Positions 36,508 to 46,593 of a stretch of DNA of 64,000 bases are shown here, piece by piece. The stretch's first letter is position 1; every line of letters begins with the position of its first letter. A program made the position numbers and the translations under genes. The notes below the pieces were generated by a model that worked only from the letters and a program-made list of their open reading frames with translations, was not told the DNA's origin and made no database searches. Source of the stretch: a virus; IMG/VR virus record IMGVR_UViG_3300027816_000057. One strand, written 5' to 3'.

Positions 36508-37326
36508 ATGGAAAATAAATTTTTAGACTCACATAATCACCTGTACTATGAAAACAGGTGGTTATCATTTTCAGATATTGAGTTAGTCCCTCAATTTACT
36601 CAAATTACAAATACTGCTGATATAAATACATCATCTTATTTTAAAAATCAAGGATATAGATATCCTTATTACAAGATTTGTAATGACCATAATGAATATC
36701 TAGAAAATGTTAAAAAAGGATATATGTCGTTTTTATCTCCATATGGATATTCCGGTCAATCAAATTTTATTGATTCATTAGTAAAAATTAAAAAAGATAC
36801 AAAGACTTGCAATTTTATAATAGGTTTAAATAAAAACGACGCTAATGTAATTGACCATATATCTAATCTGATTGAAAAAGATAGTATTAATCCAACGGTT
36901 TTTATTAGCTCAGATGACTTTGGCGATAGCGACGAAATGATAAGCCAAATTAGGCATCTTCGACTAAAATACAAACAAAACATTGATATAATAGCCGGAT
37001 ATATTTCAGCACCATTTACCGTTATGAAAGCTATAGATTTAGGTGTTGACGGAATAGTTTTTTCAAATGATCATACTAAATGTGATTTAACGGGGCAATT
37101 AAAAATATTTAATTCTATTTACAGTAAACAGGCAAATACAAAACTATTTGTCTCTTACTTAGATCAATATAAAGATATTGATATATTAGCTGCTGGTGCT
37201 GATTTTATTTCTCAGGAATCAGTATACGATTCTAATATTGAAAGACTTAAAGCTGATATGAAAAAATATAATTGTAAAACTGTCGGAGAAATTTATAATA
37301 AAACCAAATTCAGGGTCATAAAATGA
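36508..37326 (+). CDS. Degenerate IMPDH/GMPR-like TIM-barrel paralogue
   Basis: LSFSDIELVP, DIIAGYI, LGVDGI, LAAGAD; lacks GPGSxC. Confidence 0.6.
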   Translation: MENKFLDSHNHLYYENRWLSFSDIELVPQFTQITNTADINTSSYFKNQGYRYPYYKICNDHNEYLENVKKGYMSFLSPYGYSGQSNFIDSLVKIKKDTKTCNFIIGLNKNDANVIDHISNLIEKDSINPTVFISSDDFGDSDEMISQIRHLRLKYKQNIDIIAGYISAPFTVMKAIDLGVDGIVFSNDHTKCDLTGQLKIFNSIYSKQANTKLFVSYLDQYKDIDILAAGADFISQESVYDSNIERLKADMKKYNCKTVGEIYNKTKFRVIK

Positions 37327-37658
37327 AACATTTATCATATAATAAAGTTGAATTAAAAGAAAACATGATAGTCTATCAAATGATGATAGAAGCAAACGGC
37401 AATCCAGTATTATTAGAATACAAAGTAACAGAATTATTATTAAATAACAAAATTAAAATTAAATTCGAAAAAGATATCGATGGTTCAAAAATAACAGAAG
37501 AAAAAGAAGTTGACACAGGAAATGTTCACACAAACGGCGGCGAGTTAATCAATATATGGATCGAATCTACACGAAAAAAACTACAGCTTACACAAGATTT
37601 AATAACCAAACTGGAAAACATGCTTATAAACTCTTCTCAAAAAGAAGTAGAAATATAA
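37323..37658 (+). CDS. Hypothetical protein
   Basis: 111-aa coupled ORF. Confidence 0.6.
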   Translation: MKHLSYNKVELKENMIVYQMMIEANGNPVLLEYKVTELLLNNKIKIKFEKDIDGSKITEEKEVDTGNVHTNGGELINIWIESTRKKLQLTQDLITKLENMLINSSQKEVEI

Positions 37659-38500
37659 TGTTGACTAATATAATCTTTAGTAAAGATCGACCTTGGCAGT
37701 TATCTGAGTATCTAAGAACTAGAAAAAAATATATCACTGGAATAGATTCTACATTTATAATATATAAAGCATCTACACAAGAAACTAAAAATAGATATAC
37801 CAAGCTTTTTAAGAGGCATCCCGAAATTCACGCACTAGAAGAAAATGATTTATACTCATTTGCTGATCTACTCGAAACCTCGATTAAAAACAGCTATGAG
37901 TTTATTCTATTTGGTGTAGACGATGTTCTATTTTATAAACCGGTTGATCTTGGATTTTTAGTTAAAACCGCTTTGAAGTCTCAATATAATAAAGCATTTT
38001 CATTAAGTTTGAGATTAGGTCTTAATATTAACTGGTGTCAACCAGCCAATTCACCATCAAAATTACTTGAATCTAACTATAAAATAGATCATAATTTAAT
38101 CTGTTATTCAAATGTTTATAATCAAGGAGACTGGAATTATCCTTTTGAGGTTTCCGCCTCTGTCTATCGGAAAGGCGATATAGTAGATTTGCTAAGATTA
38201 ATCTCTGACAAAGAAGGAAAAATCGGTTACTCACATCCAAATAGATTTGAAGCTGCTGGTGCTTTAATATGTCAAAATTTAAATTTTCTTAATTTAGCAA
38301 CCGTTCAAAGTTGTTGCTCTACAATTACTATTAATAGAGTCCAAGATATATATCAAAACTCTTTAGCGGGACAAGAAGTAGATTTAAATACAACTAATGA
38401 ATTATTTGATTCTCTACAACAATTTGACGACGAATGGTACGGTAGTCAAAAATTTAATCAAATCCATATAGGAGATTTTCGACTTGTGCAAAGTTGTTAA
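37658..38500 (+). CDS. Putative GT-A-fold glycosyltransferase
   Basis: IIFSKDRPWQL, LFGVDDVLF, SLRLG, DWNYP, PNRFE. Confidence 0.65.
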   Translation: MLTNIIFSKDRPWQLSEYLRTRKKYITGIDSTFIIYKASTQETKNRYTKLFKRHPEIHALEENDLYSFADLLETSIKNSYEFILFGVDDVLFYKPVDLGFLVKTALKSQYNKAFSLSLRLGLNINWCQPANSPSKLLESNYKIDHNLICYSNVYNQGDWNYPFEVSASVYRKGDIVDLLRLISDKEGKIGYSHPNRFEAAGALICQNLNFLNLATVQSCCSTITINRVQDIYQNSLAGQEVDLNTTNELFDSLQQFDDEWYGSQKFNQIHIGDFRLVQSC

Positions 38501-38804
38501 TTTAAGAAAAGAAAAATATACAGTATATTGTGGTAGACCCGGTAAAGGAATAACGTATGCACCATTTGGAAATCAATTTATTGTAGGTAAAGACGGAGAA
38601 CGAGGTGAATGTCGAGAAAAGTTTCGACAATATCTGTTGTCTAACGATAATAAATCTAATAACTTATTAGATATAATAAAAAAAATTATCAAAAAAGATG
38701 ATATCTTGGGATGTTTCTGTGGTGCCGGTAAATGTCATGCTGATTTTATCGCTGCATACGTTAATTCAGATTTTGATATTGAATCAATAAGAAAAGAACC
38801 ATGA
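38484..38804 (+). CDS. DUF4326-family protein
   Basis: VYCGRP..FGNQF...LGCFC...CHADFI. Confidence 0.8.
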   Translation: MCKVVNLRKEKYTVYCGRPGKGITYAPFGNQFIVGKDGERGECREKFRQYLLSNDNKSNNLLDIIKKIIKKDDILGCFCGAGKCHADFIAAYVNSDFDIESIRKEP

Positions 38805-39691
38805 AACAAGTTATAACCTCTACGGACTTAAATAAAGATTATTCTTTTTTTATTCCTATTATTTATTTTGCTTGGAAAAATTTAGGATACGATTTAAATC
38901 TATTTATTAATTGCAGTGTCAGTAATTTAATGGCAAAAAATAATGAAATTCTATTTAAAGTTTTGAATGAATTAAAAATTAAAAGTATATTCTTACATAA
39001 TAAAGATTACAATATTCCGCAAGAATACAGTTGGTCGCTATCGCCATTTTCTAGATTATTTGGCTGCTATTTTGATTTACCGGACAATGATTATCTATTG
39101 ACTACCGATATCGACATGATACCATTAGACAGCAAATGGTTCAACAGTATCGACGAAAATAAAATAAATATTTATGGTGAGGACGGATCAACCGGCGGAT
39201 ATGGGCATTCGAGATATCCGATTTGTTATATAGGAATGACGGTGGGTAAATGGAAAAATCTTATAGGATATGATGTAAAAAAAACACTAAACGAGACAAT
39301 TAATTATAAATTATCCAACATTCCAAAAACTCTTACTGAAGGACAGTGGCGAAGTTTAGATGAAACCTATTTTCATTATTTATTTAGAGATTTAGCATCA
39401 GATGAAATGAGAAAATCAGCTATTTTCTATTTTAGATACATGATTCCTAATCCAGCATTTAAGGGGCATGATAATAAAACCCCATTTATTTTACCAGCAG
39501 GAAGAATAGACAGATCAAATTGGGATTTGTCTATGTTACCAACTGCTATTGACGCTCATTGCCCTAGACCCGGATATAATGATGAAAACTGGTCAAAAAT
39601 ATTACCGATATTAGAAAAATGTTTAACAGATGATCAGTTAAAATATACTAAAAACTATAGAGAGGAATTTATAAAATGGACTTCCGTCTAG
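38801..39691 (+). CDS. Putative GT-A glycosyltransferase
   Basis: YSFFIP, SRLF, LTTDIDMIPL (DxD), YPICY, DE, RIDRS.W, DAH. Confidence 0.65.
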   Translation: MKQVITSTDLNKDYSFFIPIIYFAWKNLGYDLNLFINCSVSNLMAKNNEILFKVLNELKIKSIFLHNKDYNIPQEYSWSLSPFSRLFGCYFDLPDNDYLLTTDIDMIPLDSKWFNSIDENKINIYGEDGSTGGYGHSRYPICYIGMTVGKWKNLIGYDVKKTLNETINYKLSNIPKTLTEGQWRSLDETYFHYLFRDLASDEMRKSAIFYFRYMIPNPAFKGHDNKTPFILPAGRIDRSNWDLSMLPTAIDAHCPRPGYNDENWSKILPILEKCLTDDQLKYTKNYREEFIKWTSV

Positions 39692-39951
39692 AATCAGCTT
39701 TACAAAAAGAAAATATTAAACAGATAAAGTCTTACAGAAAAATGATAGATCAGTGTAAAAATGGTACTTTAAAAAATGAATATACTTTTATATCTGATAT
39801 ATCAAGCTTTTTTCAAATTTTTAACTTAATCGAGAAAAAGGAATATAAAAAAGCTCTTTCAAATTTACAAAATTTAGATAGTGAACCGAGAGATGAATTC
39901 CCAAGCAGAATATGGGATTTGCTACATAAAATTAATGGCGAAGAATATTAA
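39676..39951 (+). CDS. Hypothetical protein
   Basis: 91-aa ORF with GAGG RBS. Confidence 0.55.
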   Translation: MDFRLESALQKENIKQIKSYRKMIDQCKNGTLKNEYTFISDISSFFQIFNLIEKKEYKKALSNLQNLDSEPRDEFPSRIWDLLHKINGEEY

Positions 39952-39952
39952 T

Positions 39953-40558
39953 ATGAATTTTGATATAGTTGTAGTTTCTAATACGCATCGTAAATCTTTA
40001 ATTAGTCCATATTTAGATAAATTAAATGTAAAATATCATACGGTTTTTACCCCTGATTATAATTTAGAACCCGATTTTCAGGTTAAAAATGAATATAAAA
40101 AACTGGTAGCCAATCATTTAGGTGCTTATCGTTGTCTACGGGGGCATCAGCTAGCATTACAACATAGTACAAAAGAATTAACTTTAGTATTTGAAGATGA
40201 TGCGGTACCTAACAGAGAAGACTGGCTAAAATATATTCAAACTTTTATTCATCATTTTAATGATGAAAACTGGCTTGAATGTATAAGTTTACATGGGCGT
40301 ATGTTTGATAGAAAACATTTTACATCAACCAGTAATAATAAAGAAATACTATATCCTATAGGTACTCCGTTTATTGTGGCGGGTTTAGCTTATTTTATTA
40401 ATAAATCCGGAAAAGAAAAAGTTTTAAATCACAAATACGACGGTCTACCATTAGACTTACTTTTATATTGGAAACTAAACTATATATTAGTCGATCCAAG
40501 TCCGTTTGATCACGATCGCTCGGAAGGTTCTTTAATAGATGTTGGAATTTATGGATAA
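39953..40558 (+). CDS. GT25-like glycosyltransferase
   Basis: GAYRCLRGH, LVFEDDA, AYFINKSG..K, PLD. Confidence 0.75.
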   Translation: MNFDIVVVSNTHRKSLISPYLDKLNVKYHTVFTPDYNLEPDFQVKNEYKKLVANHLGAYRCLRGHQLALQHSTKELTLVFEDDAVPNREDWLKYIQTFIHHFNDENWLECISLHGRMFDRKHFTSTSNNKEILYPIGTPFIVAGLAYFINKSGKEKVLNHKYDGLPLDLLLYWKLNYILVDPSPFDHDRSEGSLIDVGIYG

Positions 40559-40766
40559 TGATAATGTTAAAATTTATTCAGATAAAGAAAGAATTGAATA
40601 TCTTAGAAAATATTTAATAAACGCTAATAAAGCATATTATCAAGATGGCGAACCTGTAATGACAGATCAAATGTATGATAGACTATTAAAAGAATTAGAA
40701 AAACTAGAACTAAAGAATCCTGAATTATACGATCCTAATTCCCCGACTAAAAAAGTAGGACACTAA
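40539..40766 (+). CDS. Stand-alone NAD-dependent DNA ligase domain Ia (Nlig-Ia)
   Basis: RIEYLR..L..ANKAYY.DGEPVMTD..YDRLLKELEKLE..NPEL..PNSPTKKVG then stop; alternative start 40551. Confidence 0.85.
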   Translation: MLEFMDNDNVKIYSDKERIEYLRKYLINANKAYYQDGEPVMTDQMYDRLLKELEKLELKNPELYDPNSPTKKVGH

Positions 40767-41590
40767 TGATACATCCAAAAATAAGAGATAAAAACTTCGC
40801 TCATATAAAAAACGCCGGTTATTATGACAATAAAATTGTGTCAAAATATATTGATTGGTATAGAGGAGACGAATATCGAGATACCTGCTTTTTTACAGAT
40901 ATATGTCTAACTGAAGTAGATTCCATTCAAGCTAAAACAAAAGTAGCATGGCTTTTAGAGCCTCCTGCTATTATTGGCGGAAGTTATCAATATATTTTAC
41001 AAAATCATCATAAATTTGATTATATATTAAGCTTTGTACGAGACTTAGATAAGTATATTCCAAAAGAAAAACTACTCTTTTATCCGATGGGCGGCTGTTG
41101 GATAGAGCCAGAAATCCGACAAATATATTCAAAGACCGCCAAACTCTCTATGATCGCCAGTAATAAAACTTGGACGGTCGGACATCGTTTGAGACACGAA
41201 ATAGCGGCAAGATATCCGGGTCAAATAGATTTATTTGGGCGTGGTTACAAAGAAATACTGTCTAAAAGTGAAGCTCTAAAAAATCATATGTATTCTATTT
41301 GCGTTATGAATTCACAAATAGATGATTATTTTACCGATGTTGTAATAGACGCTTTTGCTTGCGGCACTATCCCTATTTTTTGGGGCACTAATAATCTTGG
41401 AAAATATTTTAACTCAAAAGGATTTTATAAGTTTAATACACTAGAAGAATTAGACGTAATTTTAGATTCTATTTCCGAAGCGGATTATTATTCTAAAATG
41501 GAATATATTATGGATAATTTTCAAAGAGTGCAAAACTTTAACACTCCAGAAGATTATATGTACGAGAACTATCAACATTTATTTTTATGA
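40766..41590 (+). CDS. GT10 (fucosyltransferase-like) glycosyltransferase
   Basis: WLLEP, SMIASNK..T.GH.LR, DLFGRG, YSICVMNS..DDYFT, GTIPIFWG. Confidence 0.75.
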   Translation: MIHPKIRDKNFAHIKNAGYYDNKIVSKYIDWYRGDEYRDTCFFTDICLTEVDSIQAKTKVAWLLEPPAIIGGSYQYILQNHHKFDYILSFVRDLDKYIPKEKLLFYPMGGCWIEPEIRQIYSKTAKLSMIASNKTWTVGHRLRHEIAARYPGQIDLFGRGYKEILSKSEALKNHMYSICVMNSQIDDYFTDVVIDAFACGTIPIFWGTNNLGKYFNSKGFYKFNTLEELDVILDSISEADYYSKMEYIMDNFQRVQNFNTPEDYMYENYQHLFL

Positions 41591-42129
41591 AATATGAAAT
41601 TGATACAATAGACGAGTATTTTAAAAATATATTAGACGGAATATGTTTTGGAATAAAACCTAGAAAAATTCTAGAAACTGGTATTAGATCAGGATTAAGT
41701 ACATCCGTATTTTTAAAATACATTAATGATAATGGAACTTTAATATCTGTTGATCGAGATTCTAAAAGTCCTTTTTTGTTTAATTATCAACCAGTAAAAA
41801 ACCATCAAATTATAATAAAAGATTCTTTAGACTTTTTATCAACTAGCGAAGATACTTTTGATCTTATCTTTCTTGACGATTGGCATTCAAAAGATCATGT
41901 TTTAAAAGAAATAGAATTATGCGAAAACTTGATACATGAAAGATCGTTAATATTAATTCATGATGCTATGTGGGGATGCATTGATCCAAAGTATAATTTT
42001 AGTAATCATAATCCTGAATTTGCTGATGGCGGCGTAGCTGCAGCTTTATTAGATTTAGACAGAAAAAAATGGGAATTCTGCACTATACCTTTTAGTCATG
42101 GAATAACAATATTAAGGAAAATACAATGA
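41587..42129 (+). CDS. Class I SAM methyltransferase (Methyltransf_24-like)
   Basis: ILETGIRSGLST, ISVD, DLIFLDDWH, LIHD. Confidence 0.85.
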   Translation: MKYEIDTIDEYFKNILDGICFGIKPRKILETGIRSGLSTSVFLKYINDNGTLISVDRDSKSPFLFNYQPVKNHQIIIKDSLDFLSTSEDTFDLIFLDDWHSKDHVLKEIELCENLIHERSLILIHDAMWGCIDPKYNFSNHNPEFADGGVAAALLDLDRKKWEFCTIPFSHGITILRKIQ

Positions 42130-43106
42130 ATTGTTTAGTAGCTGGCGGCGGTGGATTTATCGGAGGACATTTAGTAAAATCTTTAAAAGAAAGAGGCGAT
42201 AGCGTTACTGTTGTAGATATTAAATCTATGAGTAATTGGTATCAACCGTTCTATGGTAATTCTAACATAAGAAATATAGACAACTGCGACTTAAAAAATC
42301 AAAATGTTTACGATAATATTTTTCGCGGAACTCGTTATGATATTATTTACAATTTAGCAGCGGATATGGGAGGAATGGGTTTTATCGAAAATAATAAAAC
42401 CGCCTGTATGCTGTCGGTATTAATTAATACTAATTTATTAATGGCGGCAAAAACCTTTCAGGTTAAAAAGTTTCTCTTTTCATCTTCTGCTTGCGTTTAC
42501 GCTCATAATAAACAAACCGATTCAACAAATCCCGGTCTAAAAGAAGAAGACGCTTATCCAGCAATGGCCGAAGATGGATACGGTTGGGAAAAATTGTTTA
42601 GCGAAAGAATGTGTAATCATTTTTATCAGGATCACGGATTAGAAATCACTGTTCCTCGTTATCACAACGTTTTCGGAATTGACGGAACATATACAGGGGG
42701 AAGAGAAAAAGCTCCTGCAGCTATTTGTAGAAAAGTAGCTAACGCGGTATTAACCGGAAAGCACGAAATTGAGATTTGGGGCGACGGTGAACAAACCCGT
42801 TCTTTTATGTATGTAGACGATTGCATCCAAGGTATCCATAAATTAGTTGAATCAAACTATAGACAACCTATTAATCTCGGATCATCCGAAATGGTAAGTA
42901 TTAATCAAATGGTTACTATGGTAGAAGAAATAGCTGGAGTCAAACTAAATCGTGTCTATAAACTAGACGCACCCAAGGGTGTTCGCGGTAGAAACAGTGA
43001 TAACACTTTGATTAAATCAGTATTAAACGGTTGGGAGCCATCTATTAAATTAAGAGACGGTTTAGAAAAAACCTACAAATGGATTTACGATCAATTAAAA
43101 GTATAA
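42126..43106 (+). CDS. GDP-mannose 3,5-epimerase-like extended SDR
   Basis: GGGGFIG, NLAADMGGMGFI, SSSACVY, YGWEK, GGREKAPAAICRK, IWGDGEQTRSF, PKGVRGRNSDN. Confidence 0.88.
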   Translation: MNCLVAGGGGFIGGHLVKSLKERGDSVTVVDIKSMSNWYQPFYGNSNIRNIDNCDLKNQNVYDNIFRGTRYDIIYNLAADMGGMGFIENNKTACMLSVLINTNLLMAAKTFQVKKFLFSSSACVYAHNKQTDSTNPGLKEEDAYPAMAEDGYGWEKLFSERMCNHFYQDHGLEITVPRYHNVFGIDGTYTGGREKAPAAICRKVANAVLTGKHEIEIWGDGEQTRSFMYVDDCIQGIHKLVESNYRQPINLGSSEMVSINQMVTMVEEIAGVKLNRVYKLDAPKGVRGRNSDNTLIKSVLNGWEPSIKLRDGLEKTYKWIYDQLKV

Positions 43107-43118
43107 TAAGGATATAAA

Positions 43119-43964
43119 ATGAAGTATTTAATTTTAGGATCAGAAGGACAGATAGGAAGTTCTCTATCTAAATATTTAACAGAATCTGGACATACGGTAA
43201 AAACTATTGATTATGTTAATAGTATTCATGAGGATTTAAGACTAAAAGATTCTACACTTCTTCATTCATATATGAACGAATGTGATTTTGTTTATTTTCT
43301 AGCTTTTGATGTTGGCGGAAGTAGATATCTTAAAAACTATCAATTTACTAAAGATTTTATTGATAATAATTTAGATATAATGCGTAATACATTTCAAATG
43401 CTAGATGAGCATAGTAAACCTTTTATTTTTACATCTAGCCAGATGTCTAATATGAATCATTCACCATACGGTGTTCTTAAAAGACTAGGAGAATTTTATA
43501 CTGACGCCATAGGTGGAGTCAATGTAAAATTTTGGAATGTATTTGGAATAGAAAAAGATCGTGAAAAATCCCACGTTATTACCGATTTAATACTTAAGGG
43601 AATTAAAAATCAACGCATTGATCTTTTAACTGACGGAAAAGAAAAACGCCAAATGCTATACGTTAAAGATTGTTGTCGTGCATTGTTTACATTAAGTCAA
43701 AAATACAATACCATAAAAGATAGAATTAATAAACCGGTATTGGATATAACTAATTTTAAATGGAATACAATCGGAGAAATAGCTTATTTAATTTCTAAGC
43801 ATATGAACAATATACCAGTTAATTTTAGTCATACATCAGACGATGTTCAAAAAGAAATATATAATGAACCAAGTGCGGATATTTTAGAATATTGGCAACC
43901 GTTATTTAGTGTTGAAGATGGTATAAAAGAAATGGTAGATTATTATGTTAAGAGTCATTGGTAA
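43119..43964 (+). CDS. NAD-dependent epimerase/dehydratase (SDR)
   Basis: LILGSEGQIG, TSS, YGVLK (YxxxK), NVFG, DGKEKRQMLYVKD. Confidence 0.85.
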   Translation: MKYLILGSEGQIGSSLSKYLTESGHTVKTIDYVNSIHEDLRLKDSTLLHSYMNECDFVYFLAFDVGGSRYLKNYQFTKDFIDNNLDIMRNTFQMLDEHSKPFIFTSSQMSNMNHSPYGVLKRLGEFYTDAIGGVNVKFWNVFGIEKDREKSHVITDLILKGIKNQRIDLLTDGKEKRQMLYVKDCCRALFTLSQKYNTIKDRINKPVLDITNFKWNTIGEIAYLISKHMNNIPVNFSHTSDDVQKEIYNEPSADILEYWQPLFSVEDGIKEMVDYYVKSHW

Positions 43965-44592
43965 TAGTCACGCTGGAATTTTTTCTGGAAAACAGCAAAA
44001 TTGGGCCACTTGGCCCGGTAAATGCATAGATACTATTGTAAATGTTAAATCATTTCAGCTAGGGCCAATTATAGCTTATAATTTTTACGAACATCATCTT
44101 CCGAAAGTATACGAAATTATCAACGCTGACCCCCCTTTAAAACATGATTGGTATTTATTTACAGTAGGCGAAGTTGATTGTCGCTGGCACATACCTTTTC
44201 AGTCTGATAAGAAAAAAGTAAGATTTGAATCTGTTGTAGAGGAATGTTGTGACAGATATTTTAAAGCACTATTAGATTTAAAAAATAAAAAAATAAATGT
44301 TGCTGTATGGGGTGTACACCCGTCAACATCTTCCGGTCATAATGAAGATCCGGATAATCCTGTTTTTGGAGATTTCTTATTAAGAAACAGTATATCTGAA
44401 TATTGGAATTCATATAGTGATTATTTATGTCGTTTGTACAAAATTCCGTTTATCTCAATATATTATGATTTATTAAATAATGATTTTACTAGAAAAGACG
44501 AGTATTTTCTAGATTATTGTCATTTATCTGAAAAAGCTTTACCTATTATTAAAGGAAAAATTAATTCATGGATTCCAGAATTGCATCTATAA
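43945..44592 (+). CDS. SGNH/GDSL-like protein (possible O-acyl esterase or transferase)
   Basis: VIGNSH, GEVDCR, DYCH (DxxH). Confidence 0.6.
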   Translation: MLRVIGNSHAGIFSGKQQNWATWPGKCIDTIVNVKSFQLGPIIAYNFYEHHLPKVYEIINADPPLKHDWYLFTVGEVDCRWHIPFQSDKKKVRFESVVEECCDRYFKALLDLKNKKINVAVWGVHPSTSSGHNEDPDNPVFGDFLLRNSISEYWNSYSDYLCRLYKIPFISIYYDLLNNDFTRKDEYFLDYCHLSEKALPIIKGKINSWIPELHL

Positions 44593-45296
44593 AAGAACAT
44601 TTTTTAAACTGTTTTGAAGAACTTAATTACGAGTGGCTACACAAAGAACAAAAAATACAGCATCCAATACATAACGGAAAACAAATAGTAACATATGCAG
44701 TATTACACAATTTAGTTAAGTTTCTTAAACCGAAAAAAATCCTAGAAATAGGCACTTGGGAATATCATTCAGCGAATGTTATGGCTCTAGCCTCCGATTC
44801 GGTACAAAGAATAGATACTTTTGATATAAGAAGCGGTGGTTATAACGGAAATACAAATGCGGTTAAAAGATCAAATAAGATCGATAATTACGTTTGGCGA
44901 CCATTTCACACTTCTTATGATTGTTGGAAATACGAAAACTCGGATTTAAAAGATTTCATTTATATGAGTAATGGTCAAATTTTTGAATTTAATTTAGCTC
45001 AATTAAAATCGGTCTGTGGTTTTTACTCTGATCCTCCAGAGGACAAATATGATTTTATTTTTATTGACGGAGATCATTCATATAAAGGTTTAGAATTCGA
45101 TTTATCTTTAGTTCATCATGTAGCATCAAAAAATGCAATTATAGTAATTGATAATATTCTTGATGAAAGACTGTCAGATGTTAATAAAATGTGGCAAAAT
45201 ATAGTAGAGACTAACAAATATCTAACATATGATTTTTCTGATTGGAATCAAAAAGAAAAAGACAGAATCATAGAAATGGGTATTATTATTATATGA
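44568..45296 (+). CDS. Class I SAM methyltransferase
   Basis: ILEIGT, TFDI, DFIFIDGDHSY, IVIDN. Confidence 0.85.
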   Translation: MDSRIASIKEHFLNCFEELNYEWLHKEQKIQHPIHNGKQIVTYAVLHNLVKFLKPKKILEIGTWEYHSANVMALASDSVQRIDTFDIRSGGYNGNTNAVKRSNKIDNYVWRPFHTSYDCWKYENSDLKDFIYMSNGQIFEFNLAQLKSVCGFYSDPPEDKYDFIFIDGDHSYKGLEFDLSLVHHVASKNAIIVIDNILDERLSDVNKMWQNIVETNKYLTYDFSDWNQKEKDRIIEMGIIII

Positions 45297-45979
45297 TAAC
45301 AAGAAGCGAAATTGTAGATAAATGTCCTAATCTAGTTTGCGTAGATCACGGAGAGGGTAATGCTCATAAAGCATTAAAAATGAATAATCACGATCTTCCT
45401 ATTTCTATAAGTGAAAAAGAAATACAGTATTTAATAAATTATATTCAAGATAATAAATTAAAATACGGTTTTGATTTAGCAACAGCTTTTGGTATTTCCG
45501 CACTAGCTTTAAGTCTAGGGGTGTTAAAAAATAATGGATATGTAATAAGCATGGACTGTTATGCAGAAGAGAAAAACCAAAAAATGCCATACGGAGAATC
45601 GGAATTAAATTCTGATTGGCAAAACAGCGATGGTTATAAAACCGCGTCATATATAAAAAATAAATTTGAATTAAATAATCTTTTTTTAGAAGCAGGGGTT
45701 AACCCAAAAGATACAGACAGTAAACTAAAAGTATTTACAGAAAATTATTCTAAAATAGATATTGCGATTTTAGATTGTCCAAAAAATGACGAAGATTTTA
45801 TAAACACTTGGAAAGTATTAATACAATATCTAGATGATAGATTTGCTGTTTTTGTACATGATACGCACGCCTTTCGTGGATCAGCTAAAGAATTTTTGGA
45901 AAAAGAATACGGTTTAACGTGGCGTAATGTCATGCCTGAAGAAAGATATCCGTTTGTTGTTATAGAAAAAAATATATGA
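45293..45979 (+). CDS. Class I SAM methyltransferase (divergent)
   Basis: FDLATAFGISAL, ISMD, IDIAILD, FVHDT. Confidence 0.7.
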   Translation: MITRSEIVDKCPNLVCVDHGEGNAHKALKMNNHDLPISISEKEIQYLINYIQDNKLKYGFDLATAFGISALALSLGVLKNNGYVISMDCYAEEKNQKMPYGESELNSDWQNSDGYKTASYIKNKFELNNLFLEAGVNPKDTDSKLKVFTENYSKIDIAILDCPKNDEDFINTWKVLIQYLDDRFAVFVHDTHAFRGSAKEFLEKEYGLTWRNVMPEERYPFVVIEKNI

Positions 45980-46593
45980 AATGGACAATAGGAATTGTTT
46001 TTGGACCAAACTATCCTCTTTATAGAAATACTATCATAGAAAGTATCAAGCAAAATTTTGACGGAGACAATTGCCAGATTATCGAAATAGGAAAAGTCAA
46101 CTCAATAATACCTCCAACTTTTATTGATGATCTTTTAATTAATTTTGACGACGATGATAAACCGGCGTGGATAACTAAAAAAAAGAATTTAGTAGCTCAA
46201 AACGCCAAATATGAAAACTTATGTATAATGCACGATTATATCATACTTAATGATAATTGGCTAAATGGATTTAAAGATTTTTACGATTGGGATGTTTGTA
46301 TGAATCCAATCTACACAATCGATAATTTAAGATTTAGAGATTGGGTAACTTGGGAACCCGTCACTTTTGTAGACTATAAAGACCAGTCTAAGACGCAAGA
46401 TATGTATGTTAGCGGCTCCTATTTTTGCGTTAAAAAACAATTTTTACTAGACAATCCTTTAGACGAGACTAAAAGATGGGGTGAAAGCGAAGATGTAGAA
46501 TGGTCATTAAGATGTAGAAAAAAGTGGAATTATAAATGTAATTCAAATTCTAGTGTTAGATTACTAAAATGGAAGGACCGCTATCCAATATGA
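45976..46593 (+). CDS. GT-A/GT2-like glycosyltransferase
   Basis: WITKKKN...AKYENLCIMHDY, PLDE..RWGESEDVEWS. Confidence 0.7.
   Translation: MKWTIGIVFGPNYPLYRNTIIESIKQNFDGDNCQIIEIGKVNSIIPPTFIDDLLINFDDDDKPAWITKKKNLVAQNAKYENLCIMHDYIILNDNWLNGFKDFYDWDVCMNPIYTIDNLRFRDWVTWEPVTFVDYKDQSKTQDMYVSGSYFCVKKQFLLDNPLDETKRWGESEDVEWSLRCRKKWNYKCNSNSSVRLLKWKDRYPI

Noticed and set aside
40539-41590. Frameshifted full-length NAD-dependent DNA ligase
   Set aside because: The downstream ORF is a coherent GT10-like protein, and no KxDG adenylation domain follows in the ORF track
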